Assembly: GCA_031553765.1 (NCBI GenBank)
Contig: JAVBKY010000003.1
Location: forward strand, 112,933-176,932
DNA: 64,000 nucleotides
Direction: 5' to 3'
Source: Bacteroidales bacterium
GTDB lineage: Bacteria; Bacteroidota; Bacteroidia; Bacteroidales; UBA932
The notes under the pieces: generated by a model
Told to the model about the DNA's origin: nothing
Databases searched by the model: none
What the model saw: only the letters and a program-made list of their open reading frames with translations
Made by a program: the position numbers and the translations under genes
Part shown: in pieces, positions 63,954 to 64,000 of the stretch
How the letters are laid out: every line of letters begins with the position of its first letter
Numbering within the stretch: position 1 is the stretch's first letter

Positions 63954-64000
63954 ATGGAAAAAGAACTTTTGCTATCAAACTTTACAGAATGGCTCGGTAA
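63954..64000 (+). CDS. Start of a divergently transcribed ORF (candidate repressor-side gene), truncated by the window
   Basis: MEKELLLSNFTEWLG... Only 15 codons are visible. Confidence 0.25.
   Translation, partial: MEKELLLSNFTEWLG

Larger units (their letters stand above)
33968..64000 (-). mobile_element. Mu-like transposable myovirus prophage (right end near 33968-33990; left end beyond the window)
   Basis: Contiguous phage gene set from the MuA/MuB-like genes (60.9-63.8 kb) to the Dam-type methyltransferase (34.1 kb). No integrase. The exact terminus is inferred, not proven. Confidence 0.8.

Noticed and set aside
1-64000. CRISPR arrays, rRNA genes and known defence-system gene sets (restriction-modification pairs, toxin-antitoxin pairs, retrons).
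   Set aside because: I saw no regularly spaced direct repeats of CRISPR type, no rRNA-like sequence and no reverse transcriptase or endonuclease partner for the methyltransferase. The only repeats are the REP-like hairpins and the two 16-bp phage-end repeats.

Overview
This 64-kb segment looks like a Bacteroidota chromosome. The clues are a T9SS C-terminal sorting-domain protein, OmpH/Skp, TAnnTTTG -7 promoter boxes ahead of genes, and no obvious Shine-Dalgarno use. It falls into three blocks. Block 1 (1-11.9 kb) is a minus-strand surface-glycan (O-antigen/capsule-type) locus that looks AT-richer by eye. It holds a cytidylyltransferase fusion, an SDR epimerase, an acetyltransferase, five glycosyltransferase-like genes, a Wzy-like polymerase, a Wzx flippase, fcl-gmd (GDP-fucose) and rfbC. 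Block 2 (11.9-33.9 kb) carries housekeeping genes: an aminotransferase, panC, recO, a T9SS propeller protein, EamA, mpg, lplA, patatin, mfd, tRNA-Phe, an LTA-synthase-like sulfatase, a SAM-I riboswitch plus metX, skp, an M16 peptidase and an O-methyltransferase. It is peppered with REP-like hairpin repeats and has one RAYT (IS200-like Y1 transposase) gene bracketed by mirrored hairpin triplets. Block 3 (about 33.97 kb to the window end, continuing beyond it) is an apparently intact Mu-like transposable myovirus prophage. It has MuA-like and MuB-like genes, a GemA-like gene, many small early genes, Mu-type packaging and head genes (HTH small terminase, TerL, portal, MuF, gpG), a protease/scaffold, a capsid, a lysis cassette, sheath, tube, a chaperone pair with a canonical -1 frameshift site, tape measure, baseplate, two fibre-like proteins and a terminal Dam-type methyltransferase. 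The items most worth follow-up are all in or near the prophage or the repeats: (a) two non-canonical phage tRNA genes, one initiator-like CAU tRNA and one tRNA-like gene with a 6-nt AUUUAA anticodon loop; (b) a MuF protein with a Zn-ribbon and a PD-(D/E)xK-like C-terminal module; (c) an antisense, independently promoted small membrane-protein gene inside the tail operon; (d) a lysis cassette with spanin-like architecture; (e) an in-frame hairpin-repeat-like insertion in mfd together with a RAYT/REP system. I saw no CRISPR array, rRNA, integrase or reverse transcriptase. All homology statements come from reading the translations by eye, not from searches.
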